From positions 31,718 to 95,717 of the IMG/VR virus record IMGVR_UViG_3300027835_000143: a DNA stretch of 64,000 nt. The stretch is one strand, 5' to 3'. Both the position numbers and the translations under genes were made by a program. Numbering within the stretch: position 1 is the first letter of the stretch; every line of letters starts with the position of its first letter. The notes beneath the pieces were generated by a model. It saw only the letters and a program-made list of their open reading frames with translations, did not search any database and was not told where the DNA came from. Source of the DNA: a virus. Shown piece after piece: positions 10,422-19,637 of the stretch.

Positions 10422-10690
10422 CCGCGCGCGGGTTCTGCGCGCCCGGCGAGGCCGAGGCAGCGAAGGGCGCCGTCCACGCGCTCGCGACTGCGCTCTGCGG
10501 TGTGATGGCGATCTACAACGGCGCCGCGTTCCTCTATAGGCGCGAGCGGCACCTGGCGTTCAACGCCGTCGCCTACGGCCTGGCGACGTGGTGGGAGGCC
10601 CAGCAGACCGCGCGGCACTGGCGCCGGACGGTACCTAGAACGGCGGAGCGATCTTTGAATGGCGGTCCTTGTCACCGCATGTCTTCGTAA
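10418..10690 (+). CDS. Small two-TM membrane protein
   Basis: GTGA overlap with previous gene; two hydrophobic helices. Confidence 0.5.
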   Translation: MTARGFCAPGEAEAAKGAVHALATALCGVMAIYNGAAFLYRRERHLAFNAVAYGLATWWEAQQTARHWRRTVPRTAERSLNGGPCHRMSS

Positions 10691-11240
10691 GTCCTGCGCG
10701 AAGGCTCCCGGCATAGATAACCTTCTCGGTCCCGCAATCGCACAAGCATTTCCATTTCGATTGGCCAACATACCTGATTGTCACGAGCGCGCCGAAGCGC
10801 GTTCCTATTTCAACCGGCGCAGTCGCAGAGATTTTTCCGCGGCTTAATCGCCGCACGCAATCAGAGCACGTCCCGGAGCCTGCTTGGAACGCGTCGCGCC
10901 GCTTAGACGAATCGCATTCAGGACATCGCTGAAGTAGATCATCAGGAATCCGTCGACCGCGCCGTCGCGACTGTTCCGGCCGCATCGTATAGGGGAAGAG
11001 CATTGGCTGTTTGAGATAACCAACCGCTGCCGCTAACCATCTACTGCCCCACGCGTCAAGGGTCCCGAGTCGGCTATTGCACGTCCCGCACAAGGCTCCC
11101 CTAACGAAGCCTGTCGAATGGTCGTGATCTAGCACGGCCGCCTCGGCCGGACAAAGGGCGCAACTGCCGGAAGAATTGGACGCAGCTAAGCGCAAGGCGT
11201 CCATGTAAGCCGGATCGTCTATTTTTGTTAGCCTTTTCAT
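10635..11240 (-). CDS. Endonuclease VII-type (HNH) homing endonuclease with C-terminal Zn/DNA-binding module
   Basis: CALC..LDHDHSTGFVRGALCGTCNSRLG; GTRFGALV..WKCLCDCG..L..G.TKTCG; the only convincing minus-strand gene. Confidence 0.85.
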   Translation of the reverse strand: MKRLTKIDDPAYMDALRLAASNSSGSCALCPAEAAVLDHDHSTGFVRGALCGTCNSRLGTLDAWGSRWLAAAVGYLKQPMLFPYTMRPEQSRRRGRRIPDDLLQRCPECDSSKRRDAFQAGSGTCSDCVRRLSRGKISATAPVEIGTRFGALVTIRYVGQSKWKCLCDCGTEKVIYAGSLRAGLTKTCGDKDRHSKIAPPF

Positions 11241-11252
11241 CTAAAATAAGTA

Positions 11253-11281
11253 TAGACACGTTTACCGGATATATGTATACT
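11253..11281 (+). promoter_or_regulatory. Sigma70-type promoter TAGACA-17-TATACT
   Basis: Near-consensus hexamers in an AT-rich island; perfect palindrome TCTTACGTAAGA (11283-11294) over the predicted start site. Confidence 0.7.
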
Positions 11282-11287
11282 TTCTTA

Positions 11288-11790
11288 CGTAAGACGCGAC
11301 GCTCCTACCGGGAGCCATTGACAACTGAATGACCAGCAGCGCCGGATGACCCCGCCGAAACGGAGGGCCGGCCGACAGGAAGGCAGCGAGACGGCCGGTA
11401 ACAGGTAGGCCGCCAGTCGCAGCCGCCAGAGACTCCCAACAACAACCGTAGAGCAGAGACCGCGGCCATGTCCGTATCGGTAATGAACTTTTGCCGGATA
11501 CGCGAAAACGGACCGCTGAGTACGCCGTCCGCGCCTTCACCAGGTTGACGTTTGAGACGGGAGTCCGCGCGATGGTGGATCGCGTAGATGTCGGTGCAGC
11601 GAGAACCGTCCGAGCCTACCCTTGCCGCGCGGCGGCTGGCGATTGTGGCGATGAGGACGCGGGCGCCGACATAGAGGGGGAAACGGGTAAGGCCCGGCCT
11701 GAGCGCCGGGCGCGCCGCTTCACGGAGCGCCGCGCCGGACGCTCGAACCGAGAACGGAACTTCAACCGCGCGGTCAATGACCGCCATAGA
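11288..11790 (+). ncRNA. Candidate large structured ncRNA / 5' leader
   Basis: No convincing ORF; many complementary segments (11411-11427/11631-11650, 11431-11447/11543-11565, 11588-11597/11663-11672, 11404-11410/11614-11620). Confidence 0.5.
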
Positions 11791-11800
11791 CGAGGCCGAC

Positions 11801-11923
11801 ATGATCACACTCCGCACCGTCCTGACCTACGGGTTCCTGCTGCTCGCGTCGCTCCACGGCGAGCACGTCCACTTGCACAGGCATGCAGCGCACGCGGTTC
11901 GCGTCCACGCGAACGTCCACTAA
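11801..11923 (+). CDS. 40-aa His-rich peptide with hydrophobic N-terminus
   Basis: GAGG RBS; MITLRTVLTYGFLLLASLHGEHVHLHRHAAHAVRVHANVH. Confidence 0.4.
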   Translation: MITLRTVLTYGFLLLASLHGEHVHLHRHAAHAVRVHANVH

Positions 11924-11982
11924 CTAATAATCGTCAGCGAGTTTTTAACCGCGCGCTACGCGCGCCTTAGAGGAGAACGACG

Positions 11983-12420
11983 ATGGTAAAACTATCCACG
12001 AAGAATGCCGACGTACTCCGCGCTCGCCGCGCGGACGCAGAACAGGTCTTCGAGCTGACGATGGAAGAAGCGCGCGCATTACCCGGACTCTTCGGACGGT
12101 TCGTGCCTGCAGCCTTCGAGCACGTCGGCTTCTATACGTGCACGAAGCTCGCGAACGGCGATGACCGGACCGGCGTTAAGACGCTCTACGTGCTCAAGGG
12201 TATCGACGCGCCGCGCTGCCATTTTATGAACTGCAAGAAGACGGTGACGCATACCGTTCAACGGCTCTGGACGATTCGCGGTCGCGCGCCGTTCGCGCAG
12301 CAGCATTGCTGCGACGATCACATACCCGGCATCTTCGATCGCGAGAGCACGTTCATGCGTTCGCTCCGGCGCGCTGGCTACGCCGTGTCGCGCTACTATC
12401 GAGTCGAGAGGATCAAATGA
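11983..12420 (+). CDS. Hypothetical early protein
   Basis: AGGAG RBS; Cys/His pairs. Confidence 0.6.
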   Translation: MVKLSTKNADVLRARRADAEQVFELTMEEARALPGLFGRFVPAAFEHVGFYTCTKLANGDDRTGVKTLYVLKGIDAPRCHFMNCKKTVTHTVQRLWTIRGRAPFAQQHCCDDHIPGIFDRESTFMRSLRRAGYAVSRYYRVERIK

Positions 12421-12710
12421 GAGTCGCCGTTATCTGCGAGACGTCCGGCAAAGTCCGCGAAGCTTTCAGAAAGCTTGGGCACGACGCGGTAAGCGTCGAC
12501 GTTCTTCCGGCAGATGATCGGAGCGCGTATCACTACGTCGCCGACGCGCTCGCGTATCTCGCCGAACATGAAGCGTCGCTCGATCTCGTCGTCGCGCATC
12601 CGCCTTGCACGTATCTCTGTAACTCCGGCGTTCAATGGTTGACGCGAACGCCGAAGATGCCGAAAGCCGGAACGCAGTGGGGCGTGCCGAGCGTCGATAC
12701 GCTGTTCTAA
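12417..12710 (+). pseudogene. Truncated phage cytosine-methyltransferase-like gene (N-terminal half only)
   Basis: MRVAVICETSGKVREAF..LGHDAVSVD and LVVAHPPCTYL motifs; stops at 97 aa before any ENP motif. Confidence 0.65.
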
Positions 12711-12720
12711 ACCGCCTTCC

Positions 12721-12735
12721 GTTAATCGCCTTAAC
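12721..12735. promoter_or_regulatory. Palindromic operator-like site GTTAA-TCGCC-TTAAC (5-nt spacer variant)
   Basis: Member of dispersed GTTAR-N4-YTAAC family. Confidence 0.5.
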
Positions 12736-12855
12736 CGGCAATTTGACTTGCGGCGTATCGCCGCCTTAGAGGAGCCTCCGATGAAAACTTCCAACGCTTC
12801 GATCTTCCGCCGCTACGCCGTCGCCGTCCGCGTCGTGCGGAATTAGGAGGTCAGT

Positions 12856-13263
12856 ATGAACGATGGAAACTTCAACGCATTCGAGAAGCGCGGAGCGCAG
12901 GCGACGCCACTGACGTTCGCGAAGACGTTCCGGCGCGGCGACCGCGTCGCCTATACGCTCGTCGATGGCACGGTCGCCGTCGGCGAGTTCGTCCGGATCT
13001 CGCGCGAATCCGGATTCGCGATCGTCGAGATCGGCGATCCGGACGGCCTGATCTCGGTCGACTTCGAAACGCTCCGGCACGCGCCGGTCGAGGTCGTCGG
13101 CCCGCTGCCTGCGCCGCTGCCGACGGCCTGCCCGGACTGCGGAGGGACGCTGACGGTAGACCCGGAGGCGCGCAAGGGCACGCCGCAGCCGGGAGGGCGG
13201 ACGCGCTACCGGACGGTGCGCGTCGCCTTCTGCGGCGGCTGCGAGTACGCGGTCGAGTGTTAG
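12856..13263 (+). CDS. Hypothetical protein with C-terminal Zn ribbon
   Basis: AGGAGG RBS; CPDC...CGGC. Confidence 0.65.
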   Translation: MNDGNFNAFEKRGAQATPLTFAKTFRRGDRVAYTLVDGTVAVGEFVRISRESGFAIVEIGDPDGLISVDFETLRHAPVEVVGPLPAPLPTACPDCGGTLTVDPEARKGTPQPGGRTRYRTVRVAFCGGCEYAVEC

Positions 13264-13272
13264 GCGATTAAC
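13259..13272. promoter_or_regulatory. Operator-like palindrome GTTAG-GCGA-TTAAC
   Basis: Just upstream of RBS of gene at 13287. Confidence 0.55.
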
Positions 13273-13286
13273 GAAGGGATGGTTCG

Positions 13287-13535
13287 ATGACGAGTGAGAC
13301 GCTGATCCGCAAGCTCGAAGCGGCCGGGTTCGAGCCGCATTCCTACAGCGGCCGGGCGATGTTCGGCCGTCAATGTGTGGCCGTCAGCGGCGGCGGGATG
13401 TTTGTGTGGCCGGCGACGGCCGTGCTGCGCGGGTGGCGGCAGGACAGCATGGGCCGCGGCGCCGTCATCTACTGGCCGGAGGTCGCGTGGCCAGGCGAGA
13501 TTGACGACGCGGAACTGCCCGATGGCCGCGCGTAA
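13287..13535 (+). CDS. Phage hypothetical protein
   Basis: SYSGRAMFG..C and DSMGRG.VIYWP motifs seen in small phage proteins. Confidence 0.6.
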   Translation: MTSETLIRKLEAAGFEPHSYSGRAMFGRQCVAVSGGGMFVWPATAVLRGWRQDSMGRGAVIYWPEVAWPGEIDDAELPDGRA

Positions 13536-13619
13536 GATGTGGATCCGAAAGAGGCGGCCGACTGCGAAGAACCGTTAAACGCGCCATGATCTGGCGCCAT
13601 AGAACGAGGAGACACGACG

Positions 13620-14306
13620 ATGGCAAAGACGCAGAAGCTGACGCGCGAGGAGAAGGCCGCGGCCGCGCAGGCGGAGCGGACGGCGAAATGGGTGGCGGAC
13701 TTCAAGGCGCGCCAGGAGCGCGCACGCGGCCGTCGCCTCTACAGCGAGCGCGACGCCTGGGACGCCACTTGCGCGGGGGTGGCGCCGAAGGGCGCCCGGA
13801 TCTACGACGCGACCGGGGCGCTCTGGGAGATGATGCGTGAGTGGAAGGACGCGACGGCCGACATCCGCCGGAAGATCCAGTATGCGCAGGAGCGGCTGAC
13901 GGAGTCGCTGGCACGCATGGACCGCGGCGAGCGCGCCGCGTATTACTCCGACGGCATCCTGTCCGGCCAGCTGGAGCTGGAGCGGCAGGAGCAGCGCGCG
14001 TGGACGCTGGCCGAGGCGGTCATACGGCTCGCCTACGCGACGAACTGGTACGTCCCGGACGTCCACCCGCAGCGGGAGCGGGACCGGATAGACCTGCTGC
14101 GCCGCGTGACGGCCGTGCGAACGGCCGGCGGGGAGTGGATCCTGCGGCGCGACGACGACGATGCGACGCGGTGGTTCGACGGCGCGGCGATGAAGTGGGT
14201 GTCTACCGCCGAGATCGACGAGGAACGTGGACGCGAAACCGCCTACGCCGACGAACTGTCGGCGCTCCGCGCGTTCGCCGCGCTCGTTGGTGACCGCGCG
14301 GAGTGA
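13620..14306 (+). CDS. Hypothetical protein
   Basis: GAGGAG RBS, coding-like composition. Confidence 0.6.
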   Translation: MAKTQKLTREEKAAAAQAERTAKWVADFKARQERARGRRLYSERDAWDATCAGVAPKGARIYDATGALWEMMREWKDATADIRRKIQYAQERLTESLARMDRGERAAYYSDGILSGQLELERQEQRAWTLAEAVIRLAYATNWYVPDVHPQRERDRIDLLRRVTAVRTAGGEWILRRDDDDATRWFDGAAMKWVSTAEIDEERGRETAYADELSALRAFAALVGDRAE

Positions 14307-14319
14307 AGGGAGGTAGGCG

Positions 14320-14598
14320 ATGATGCAGCAATGGGACCGGACCTGCACGACGCTCGACCACGTCTATCCGGCGACAGTACCGGGCACGCCGTGCCACTGC
14401 GGGAAGCGGACGTGGGCCGGCGCGCCGCGTTCGCAGGCGGCGAGGCGGCTCGCCTCCGGCACGGCCGTCGCGATCCGGGCGACCGGCGAGCGGACGCACG
14501 TCGCCGAGGTCGTATCGGACAGCGGCGACGTCGTCTACCGCGTCGCGCGGGAGAAGGGACGGACGCTGTTCGACCGCGACGAACTGGAGATCGTATGA
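14320..14598 (+). CDS. Hypothetical protein (Zn knuckle plus SH3-like)
   Basis: GGAGG RBS; CHCG. Confidence 0.5.
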   Translation: MMQQWDRTCTTLDHVYPATVPGTPCHCGKRTWAGAPRSQAARRLASGTAVAIRATGERTHVAEVVSDSGDVVYRVAREKGRTLFDRDELEIV

Positions 14599-14780
14599 GT
14601 AGCAAACTGAAACCGGTGCACATGCGCGCGTACAAGGCGCCCACGCGGAGCTGGGAGGGCACGCTCTGCGGCAGGCCGCTCGGCGACCTGACGTTCACGA
14701 CGAATACGCGGTACGTCACGTGCCGCACGTGCCGGCGGTCACTGCGCACGAAACCGGAATACCGCGAGGCGCGGCCGTGA
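14595..14780 (+). CDS. Small Zn-finger protein
   Basis: ATGA overlap; H..LCG..VTCRTC. Confidence 0.5.
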   Translation: MSSKLKPVHMRAYKAPTRSWEGTLCGRPLGDLTFTTNTRYVTCRTCRRSLRTKPEYREARP

Positions 14781-14932
14781 CCGCCGAGAATCTGCTCGGC
14801 ATCGGCACTGTCGCCAGCTCGCTCATCGGCATCGCTGCGCGCGAGTGCGGCCTGCGGCGGCTCGCCTCGGCGGCCGGCTACGTCACGCTCTGGCAGTTCG
14901 GCGTCCTGACGCTGCTGCTGCTGTTCGACTAG
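14777..14932 (+). CDS. Small membrane protein
   Basis: GTGA overlap; hydrophobic. Confidence 0.4.
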   Translation: MTAENLLGIGTVASSLIGIAARECGLRRLASAAGYVTLWQFGVLTLLLLFD

Positions 14933-14947
14933 GGAAGGAGTGGGACC

Positions 14948-15202
14948 ATGACAGGGAAGACTCCGCAGGAGCGCCTGCGCGACGCCGCGACGGAGGTCGA
15001 GGCGGCGCTCAAGGGGCTCGACATACGGGAGCACGCCTGCGAGTGCTGCAAGACGCGGCGGTTCGACAACTTCGCCCACGCGAAGGCGTACGCCGCGCTG
15101 AAGGAGACGCCGGCGAAGCTGCGCGACGCGGCCTCGCGGCTCGACGAGAAGGACGTCCATACGCGCCGAGACGGCGCCATCGATGAGAGGAGCCCATCAT
15201 GA
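14948..15202 (+). CDS. Hypothetical protein
   Basis: AAGGAG RBS; CECC. Confidence 0.5.
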   Translation: MTGKTPQERLRDAATEVEAALKGLDIREHACECCKTRRFDNFAHAKAYAALKETPAKLRDAASRLDEKDVHTRRDGAIDERSPS

Positions 15203-16242
15203 CCGGAGCCTGTGCACGACCCACGGAACTCTACGCCCTCGTCCGCGCCGCGATCGCGGCGCGCCTGCCGGTGCTCGTCACCGGCGCGCCTGGGCTCGGC
15301 AAGTCGCAGATCGTCGAGGCGGCGGCGGCGGCGGAGGGCGCCGACATGATCCTCTCCCATCCGGCCGTCGCGGACCCGACGGATGCGAAGGGGCTGCCGT
15401 GGCCATCGCCGGAGGGCGACTGCGCGACGTTCCTCCCGTTCGGCGAGCTGGCGCGGGCGCTCAAGGCGACGAAGCCGACGGTCTGGTTCCTGGACGACCT
15501 CGGCCAGGCGCCGCCGAGCGTGCAGGCCAGCTTCATGCAGCTCCTGCTCGCGCGGCGCGTCAACGGGCACGCGCTGCCGGACTGCGTGACGTTCGTCGCG
15601 GCGACGAACCGGCGGACGGACCGCGCGGGCGTCAGCGGGATCCTGGAGCCGGTGAAGAGCCGGTTCGCGTTCATCGTGGAGCTGACGGCGCACATCGACG
15701 ACTGGTGCGCGTGGGCGTTCGGGCACGGCATCCCGCCGGAACTGATCGCGTTCCTGCGGTTCCGCACCGAGTTGCTCTGCGACTTCAAGGCGAGTGCGGA
15801 CCTGACGAACTCGCCGCTCCCGCGCACCTGGGCGCACGCGGCGCGGATCCTAGCGCTCGGCCTGCCGCGCGGGATCGAGCAGGCGGCGCTCTGCGGCGCC
15901 GTCGGCGAGGGGGCGGCGGTCGAGTTCTCGGCCTTCCGGCGGTTCTTCGCCGAGATGCCGAACATCGACGAGATCCTCCGCGACCCGGACAGGGTGGCGG
16001 TCCCTGACCGGCCGGAGACGCTCTACGCCATCGTGACGGCGCTCGGCATGCGGGCGACGACGGCGAACTTCCCGAAGGTCGGGCGGTACGCGGAGCGGCT
16101 CGTCGCGGCGAAGCACGGCGAGTTCGCCGCGCTGCTGCTGCGCGACATCGTCGCGCGCGACGCCGGGGTCATGCAGTCGCCGACGTTCGTCAAGCTGGCC
16201 GCCGGGCCGCTCGGCGAGCTGATCGATGGGAGCAAGGCGTAG
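15199..16242 (+). CDS. MoxR-like AAA+ ATPase
   Basis: Walker A GAPGLGKS, Walker B WFLDD, VAATNR, KSRF, PRTW. Confidence 0.9.
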   Translation: MTGACARPTELYALVRAAIAARLPVLVTGAPGLGKSQIVEAAAAAEGADMILSHPAVADPTDAKGLPWPSPEGDCATFLPFGELARALKATKPTVWFLDDLGQAPPSVQASFMQLLLARRVNGHALPDCVTFVAATNRRTDRAGVSGILEPVKSRFAFIVELTAHIDDWCAWAFGHGIPPELIAFLRFRTELLCDFKASADLTNSPLPRTWAHAARILALGLPRGIEQAALCGAVGEGAAVEFSAFRRFFAEMPNIDEILRDPDRVAVPDRPETLYAIVTALGMRATTANFPKVGRYAERLVAAKHGEFAALLLRDIVARDAGVMQSPTFVKLAAGPLGELIDGSKA

Positions 16243-16281
16243 AGCCGCGGCAATCCGGCCGCCATGAAGGAGGGTAGGGCG

Positions 16282-17190
16282 ATGACGAACTACGCAGAGG
16301 TGAACGCGCGCGCGCTGCTCGTGAGCCTGCACGTCGCGGTCTGGGGTGCGCAGCGGTTCGACCGCGCCGTCAGCGACGCGGTCACGGACGGGAAGCACGC
16401 GGACAGGAGCAGCGGCCGGTTCAACAAGCACCTGTTCGGGACGACGCGCGCCGGGCGCGGGCACGCGCCGGAATTCTTCGCCGTGATCGACGCGGCCGAC
16501 CGGCTGCGCAACCTTCACGACCGCGAGACGCTGCCGTGGTCCAAGCGCGCCGGCGAGCGGCTGCTGCCGGTGACGAACTACTTCGACTACATGGCGAAGG
16601 TCCGCGCGGCCGGCGGCGAGTTTGAGTTGGCCGTCGAGGCGCTCATCGCCGCGTACCCACGGCTGCAGGAGGCGGCGCGGACGCGGCTCGCCGGCCTCTA
16701 CCGCGCGGAGGACTTCGTCGCGCGGGCAGACCTCCGGTGGCGGTTCCACTACGAGGTCGAGGTGACGCCGGTGCCCGGAGGCGGCGACGTCCGGCTCGAC
16801 CTGCCGCAGGACCAGATCCGGCAGATCGAGGCGGCGCTGACGGAGCGCATGGAGCGGACGACGCGCGAGGCGATGCGGGACGCCTGGGCGCGGCTGCACG
16901 AGGCCGTCACGCGCATCGCGCGGGCGAGCGGCGAGGGCGGGATCGTCCGGGAGTCGCTGCTCGAGAACGCGCGGATGGTCTGCGACGTCCTCCAGCGCCT
17001 GAACGTCGCCCAGGACGCGGACCTGGAGCAGATGCGGCGCCGCGTCGAAGCCGAGCTGACTGTCCTTTCGCTCGAGGACCTGCGGACGAACGACCGGCTG
17101 CGGACGGACACGGAGAGCAGGGCGCAGGCGATCCTGGCGCAGATGGCCCAGTTCTACGCGCCGGTGAAGGCCGATGCCATCCACGCGTGA
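16282..17190 (+). CDS. Conserved phage protein (DUF3150-like) of the AAA/vWA module
   Basis: TLPW...RLLP, YP.L...A..RL..LY...DF pattern; position between AAA+ and vWA genes. Confidence 0.55.
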   Translation: MTNYAEVNARALLVSLHVAVWGAQRFDRAVSDAVTDGKHADRSSGRFNKHLFGTTRAGRGHAPEFFAVIDAADRLRNLHDRETLPWSKRAGERLLPVTNYFDYMAKVRAAGGEFELAVEALIAAYPRLQEAARTRLAGLYRAEDFVARADLRWRFHYEVEVTPVPGGGDVRLDLPQDQIRQIEAALTERMERTTREAMRDAWARLHEAVTRIARASGEGGIVRESLLENARMVCDVLQRLNVAQDADLEQMRRRVEAELTVLSLEDLRTNDRLRTDTESRAQAILAQMAQFYAPVKADAIHA

Positions 17191-17464
17191 GCCGAAGGAG
17201 AAGGTCGGCCTCGCCCTGTGGCCGAAGCTGAAGCCGCACAACATCACCCTGCGTGCTCCGGTTCACGGGTCGCGAGCCTTACGGCTCGTCCAGCGGGAGC
17301 ACGGGACGCGCCACCGGAGAGCCGGTGGCGCGTGCGATAGCCTCGCGGCCGAGATCCGCAGGCAGATGATGAGGGACGAGCCGATGGCATTGTCGGCGGT
17401 GCGGACGGCCGTCGCGCGCACGGCGCGGCGGCTGCGCAATCTGATGAGGGAGGGGACATCATGA
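17174..17464 (+). CDS. Basic hypothetical protein
   Basis: Fills the gap, ATGA-coupled to next gene. Confidence 0.4.
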   Translation: MPSTREPKEKVGLALWPKLKPHNITLRAPVHGSRALRLVQREHGTRHRRAGGACDSLAAEIRRQMMRDEPMALSAVRTAVARTARRLRNLMREGTS

Positions 17465-18606
17465 CCAGGAAGCAGGTGACCGCAGACGACATCGTTCGGC
17501 GCGCGCGGACGGCGCTCATCCTCGACCACCCGTTCTTCGGCGCGCTCGCGCTCCGGCTGACGCTCGTCGAGAGCACGGAGCGGCCGACCGCGTGGACGGA
17601 CGGCAAGATCCTCGGCTACAACCCGGACTTCATCGCGACGCTCCCGTTCGCGGAGGTCGTCGGCGTGATGGCGCATGAGGTCATGCACTGCGCCTGCGGC
17701 CACCCGTGGCGGCGCGACGGGCGCGAGCCGCAGAAGGCGAACGTCGCGATGGACTACGCCATCAACTGGGAGATCGAGCAGTGCGGCCTGAAGCTCCAGG
17801 CGGGCCGGCTGCGCGAGGCGGCGTACGACGGCAAGTCGTTCGAATGGATCTACAACCGCCTGCCGGACGCGCGGCAGCGGAAGGGCGGCGGAATGCCGGG
17901 CGGCGGAATGCCTGGTGCGGGCGGCGAGGACGTCGTCGACGCGGTGACCGGCGCTGCTGGCGCCGAGGGTGCGACGGAGGCAGACTGGCAGCAAGCCGTC
18001 CAGCAGGCGGCGGCGGCGGCGAAGATGCGCGGCGACCTGCCGGCGTCGCTGGACCGGTTCGCGAAGGCGGCAGTGGAGCCGCGCATCGACTGGAAGTCGG
18101 TCCTCAGGCGGTTCGTCCAGCAGGCCGCCAAGAACGACTACAACTGGACGCGGCCGTCCGCGCGGTACCTCGCGCGCGGCCTCTACCTGCCGTCGCTGCG
18201 GAGCGAGGCGATGGGGCCGATCGCGGTCGCGGTCGACACGAGCGGCAGCATCGACCAGGTGACGCTCGACGCGTTCGCGGCGGAGATCAACGCCGTCGCG
18301 AGCGAGGCGCAGCCGGAGCGCGTCGTCGTCCTCTACTGCGACGCGCGGGTCCACCGGACGGACGTCTTCGAGCGGGACGAGCCGGTCGAGATGCATCCCT
18401 GCGGCGGCGGCGGGACGTCGCACAGGCCGGTGATGGACGCCGTGGACGCGATGCCGGAGCCGCCTGTCTGCCTGATCTGCCTGACGGACCTGATGACGGA
18501 GCACCGGGCGCAGCCGCCGGAGATGCCGGTGCTGTGGGCGACGACGTCGATGGCGTGGGCCGACAGGGTGCCGTACGGCGAAGTCGTGAGCCTCGAACGC
18601 GTATGA
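17461..18606 (+). CDS. DUF2201-type metallopeptidase plus vWA domain protein
   Basis: TAWTDG, HEVMH zincin motif, NVAMD..IN, MIDAS DTSGS, GGGTS, LTD. Confidence 0.9.
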   Translation: MTRKQVTADDIVRRARTALILDHPFFGALALRLTLVESTERPTAWTDGKILGYNPDFIATLPFAEVVGVMAHEVMHCACGHPWRRDGREPQKANVAMDYAINWEIEQCGLKLQAGRLREAAYDGKSFEWIYNRLPDARQRKGGGMPGGGMPGAGGEDVVDAVTGAAGAEGATEADWQQAVQQAAAAAKMRGDLPASLDRFAKAAVEPRIDWKSVLRRFVQQAAKNDYNWTRPSARYLARGLYLPSLRSEAMGPIAVAVDTSGSIDQVTLDAFAAEINAVASEAQPERVVVLYCDARVHRTDVFERDEPVEMHPCGGGGTSHRPVMDAVDAMPEPPVCLICLTDLMTEHRAQPPEMPVLWATTSMAWADRVPYGEVVSLERV

Positions 18607-18678
18607 CGTGCTGGCAGAATCGCCGCCAGCCGATGTCGTCGCGGCGATCAGGGATTGATTTACGGACAGGAGGCGCGA

Positions 18679-18876
18679 ATGTGCAGGACATGGAACGACC
18701 ACGAGTGGGGTGAGCCGCGCGTCGTCGCGGCCGGACGGCATCCGACGCAGGGCTACTGGCAGCGGGTCTCCTGCCGCTGCACGCGCGACGGGTGCGACCG
18801 CGAGCTGACCGTGACGCACTGGCCGACGCCATCGAGCGTACGGCCGGAACCGCAACAGACGGGAGGGGACGCATGA
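18679..18876 (+). CDS. Small Cys/His protein
   Basis: AGGAGG RBS; C..HEW..C..C. Confidence 0.45.
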   Translation: MCRTWNDHEWGEPRVVAAGRHPTQGYWQRVSCRCTRDGCDRELTVTHWPTPSSVRPEPQQTGGDA

Positions 18877-19637
18877 CGCGAACAGGAAACGAGGCTGCGG
18901 TCGCGCTCACACAGGAGATCGCGGAAGTATTCGCGGCGCACGGGGCGACGCTATGCCGGCCGTCGGTCGTCGAGGACAACGGGCAGTGGACGCTCCAGGT
19001 GACGTTCGTGGCGCAGACGACCGAGGCCGCGCTGGAGATCCTCGAACTCGCGACGGCGCTGCGGCGCGTGCAGGACGTCGCGCAGATCCGTGGGTTCGCT
19101 GAGACGTATGGCATCGAACCATGGAAGCTGGAGGCGCTGCTGCCTGACGCCGCGCGGGCCGGGCTCAAAGAACTGCGCACGCAGCATTCTGCGGCCGGCG
19201 ACGACCGCGTGCGCGAGATCGTGGCTGAGATCGCCGAGACGTTCCGCTGCTTCGGCGACGGCGTAATCGATGCCGCCTCCGACCCGGTCATGGCGGCTGC
19301 GGCCGCGCAGCAGCCGTTCTTCGCAGCCGGCGTTGACATCGCGCAGGTCGTCCGGTTCGTCCTTGAGCGATTGGAGGCCGGCAATGGTGCAGCGCGGGTG
19401 CCGTCGGCAGGTAGGTTAGGAGCAGGCCGAGCACCTCGTTGGTGTCCCTATGCGAAACGGAAACTGCTCGGCGACCTCGAACGGGCCGCCGAGCACAACG
19501 CCTCGCTGATGGAGACAGTACGGCGCCTGCGGGCGCGGCTCGCCGAGCGGCTCACGGCGGCCGGGACTCGACCGGACTGGAAGGCGCCACCGGTCGCCAC
19601 CCATGATGTCGGTCAGAAGAATGGAGACGGCCTATGA
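18873..19637 (+). CDS. Hypothetical protein
   Basis: ATGA overlaps at both ends. Confidence 0.5.
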   Translation: MTRTGNEAAVALTQEIAEVFAAHGATLCRPSVVEDNGQWTLQVTFVAQTTEAALEILELATALRRVQDVAQIRGFAETYGIEPWKLEALLPDAARAGLKELRTQHSAAGDDRVREIVAEIAETFRCFGDGVIDAASDPVMAAAAAQQPFFAAGVDIAQVVRFVLERLEAGNGAARVPSAGRLGAGRAPRWCPYAKRKLLGDLERAAEHNASLMETVRRLRARLAERLTAAGTRPDWKAPPVATHDVGQKNGDGL

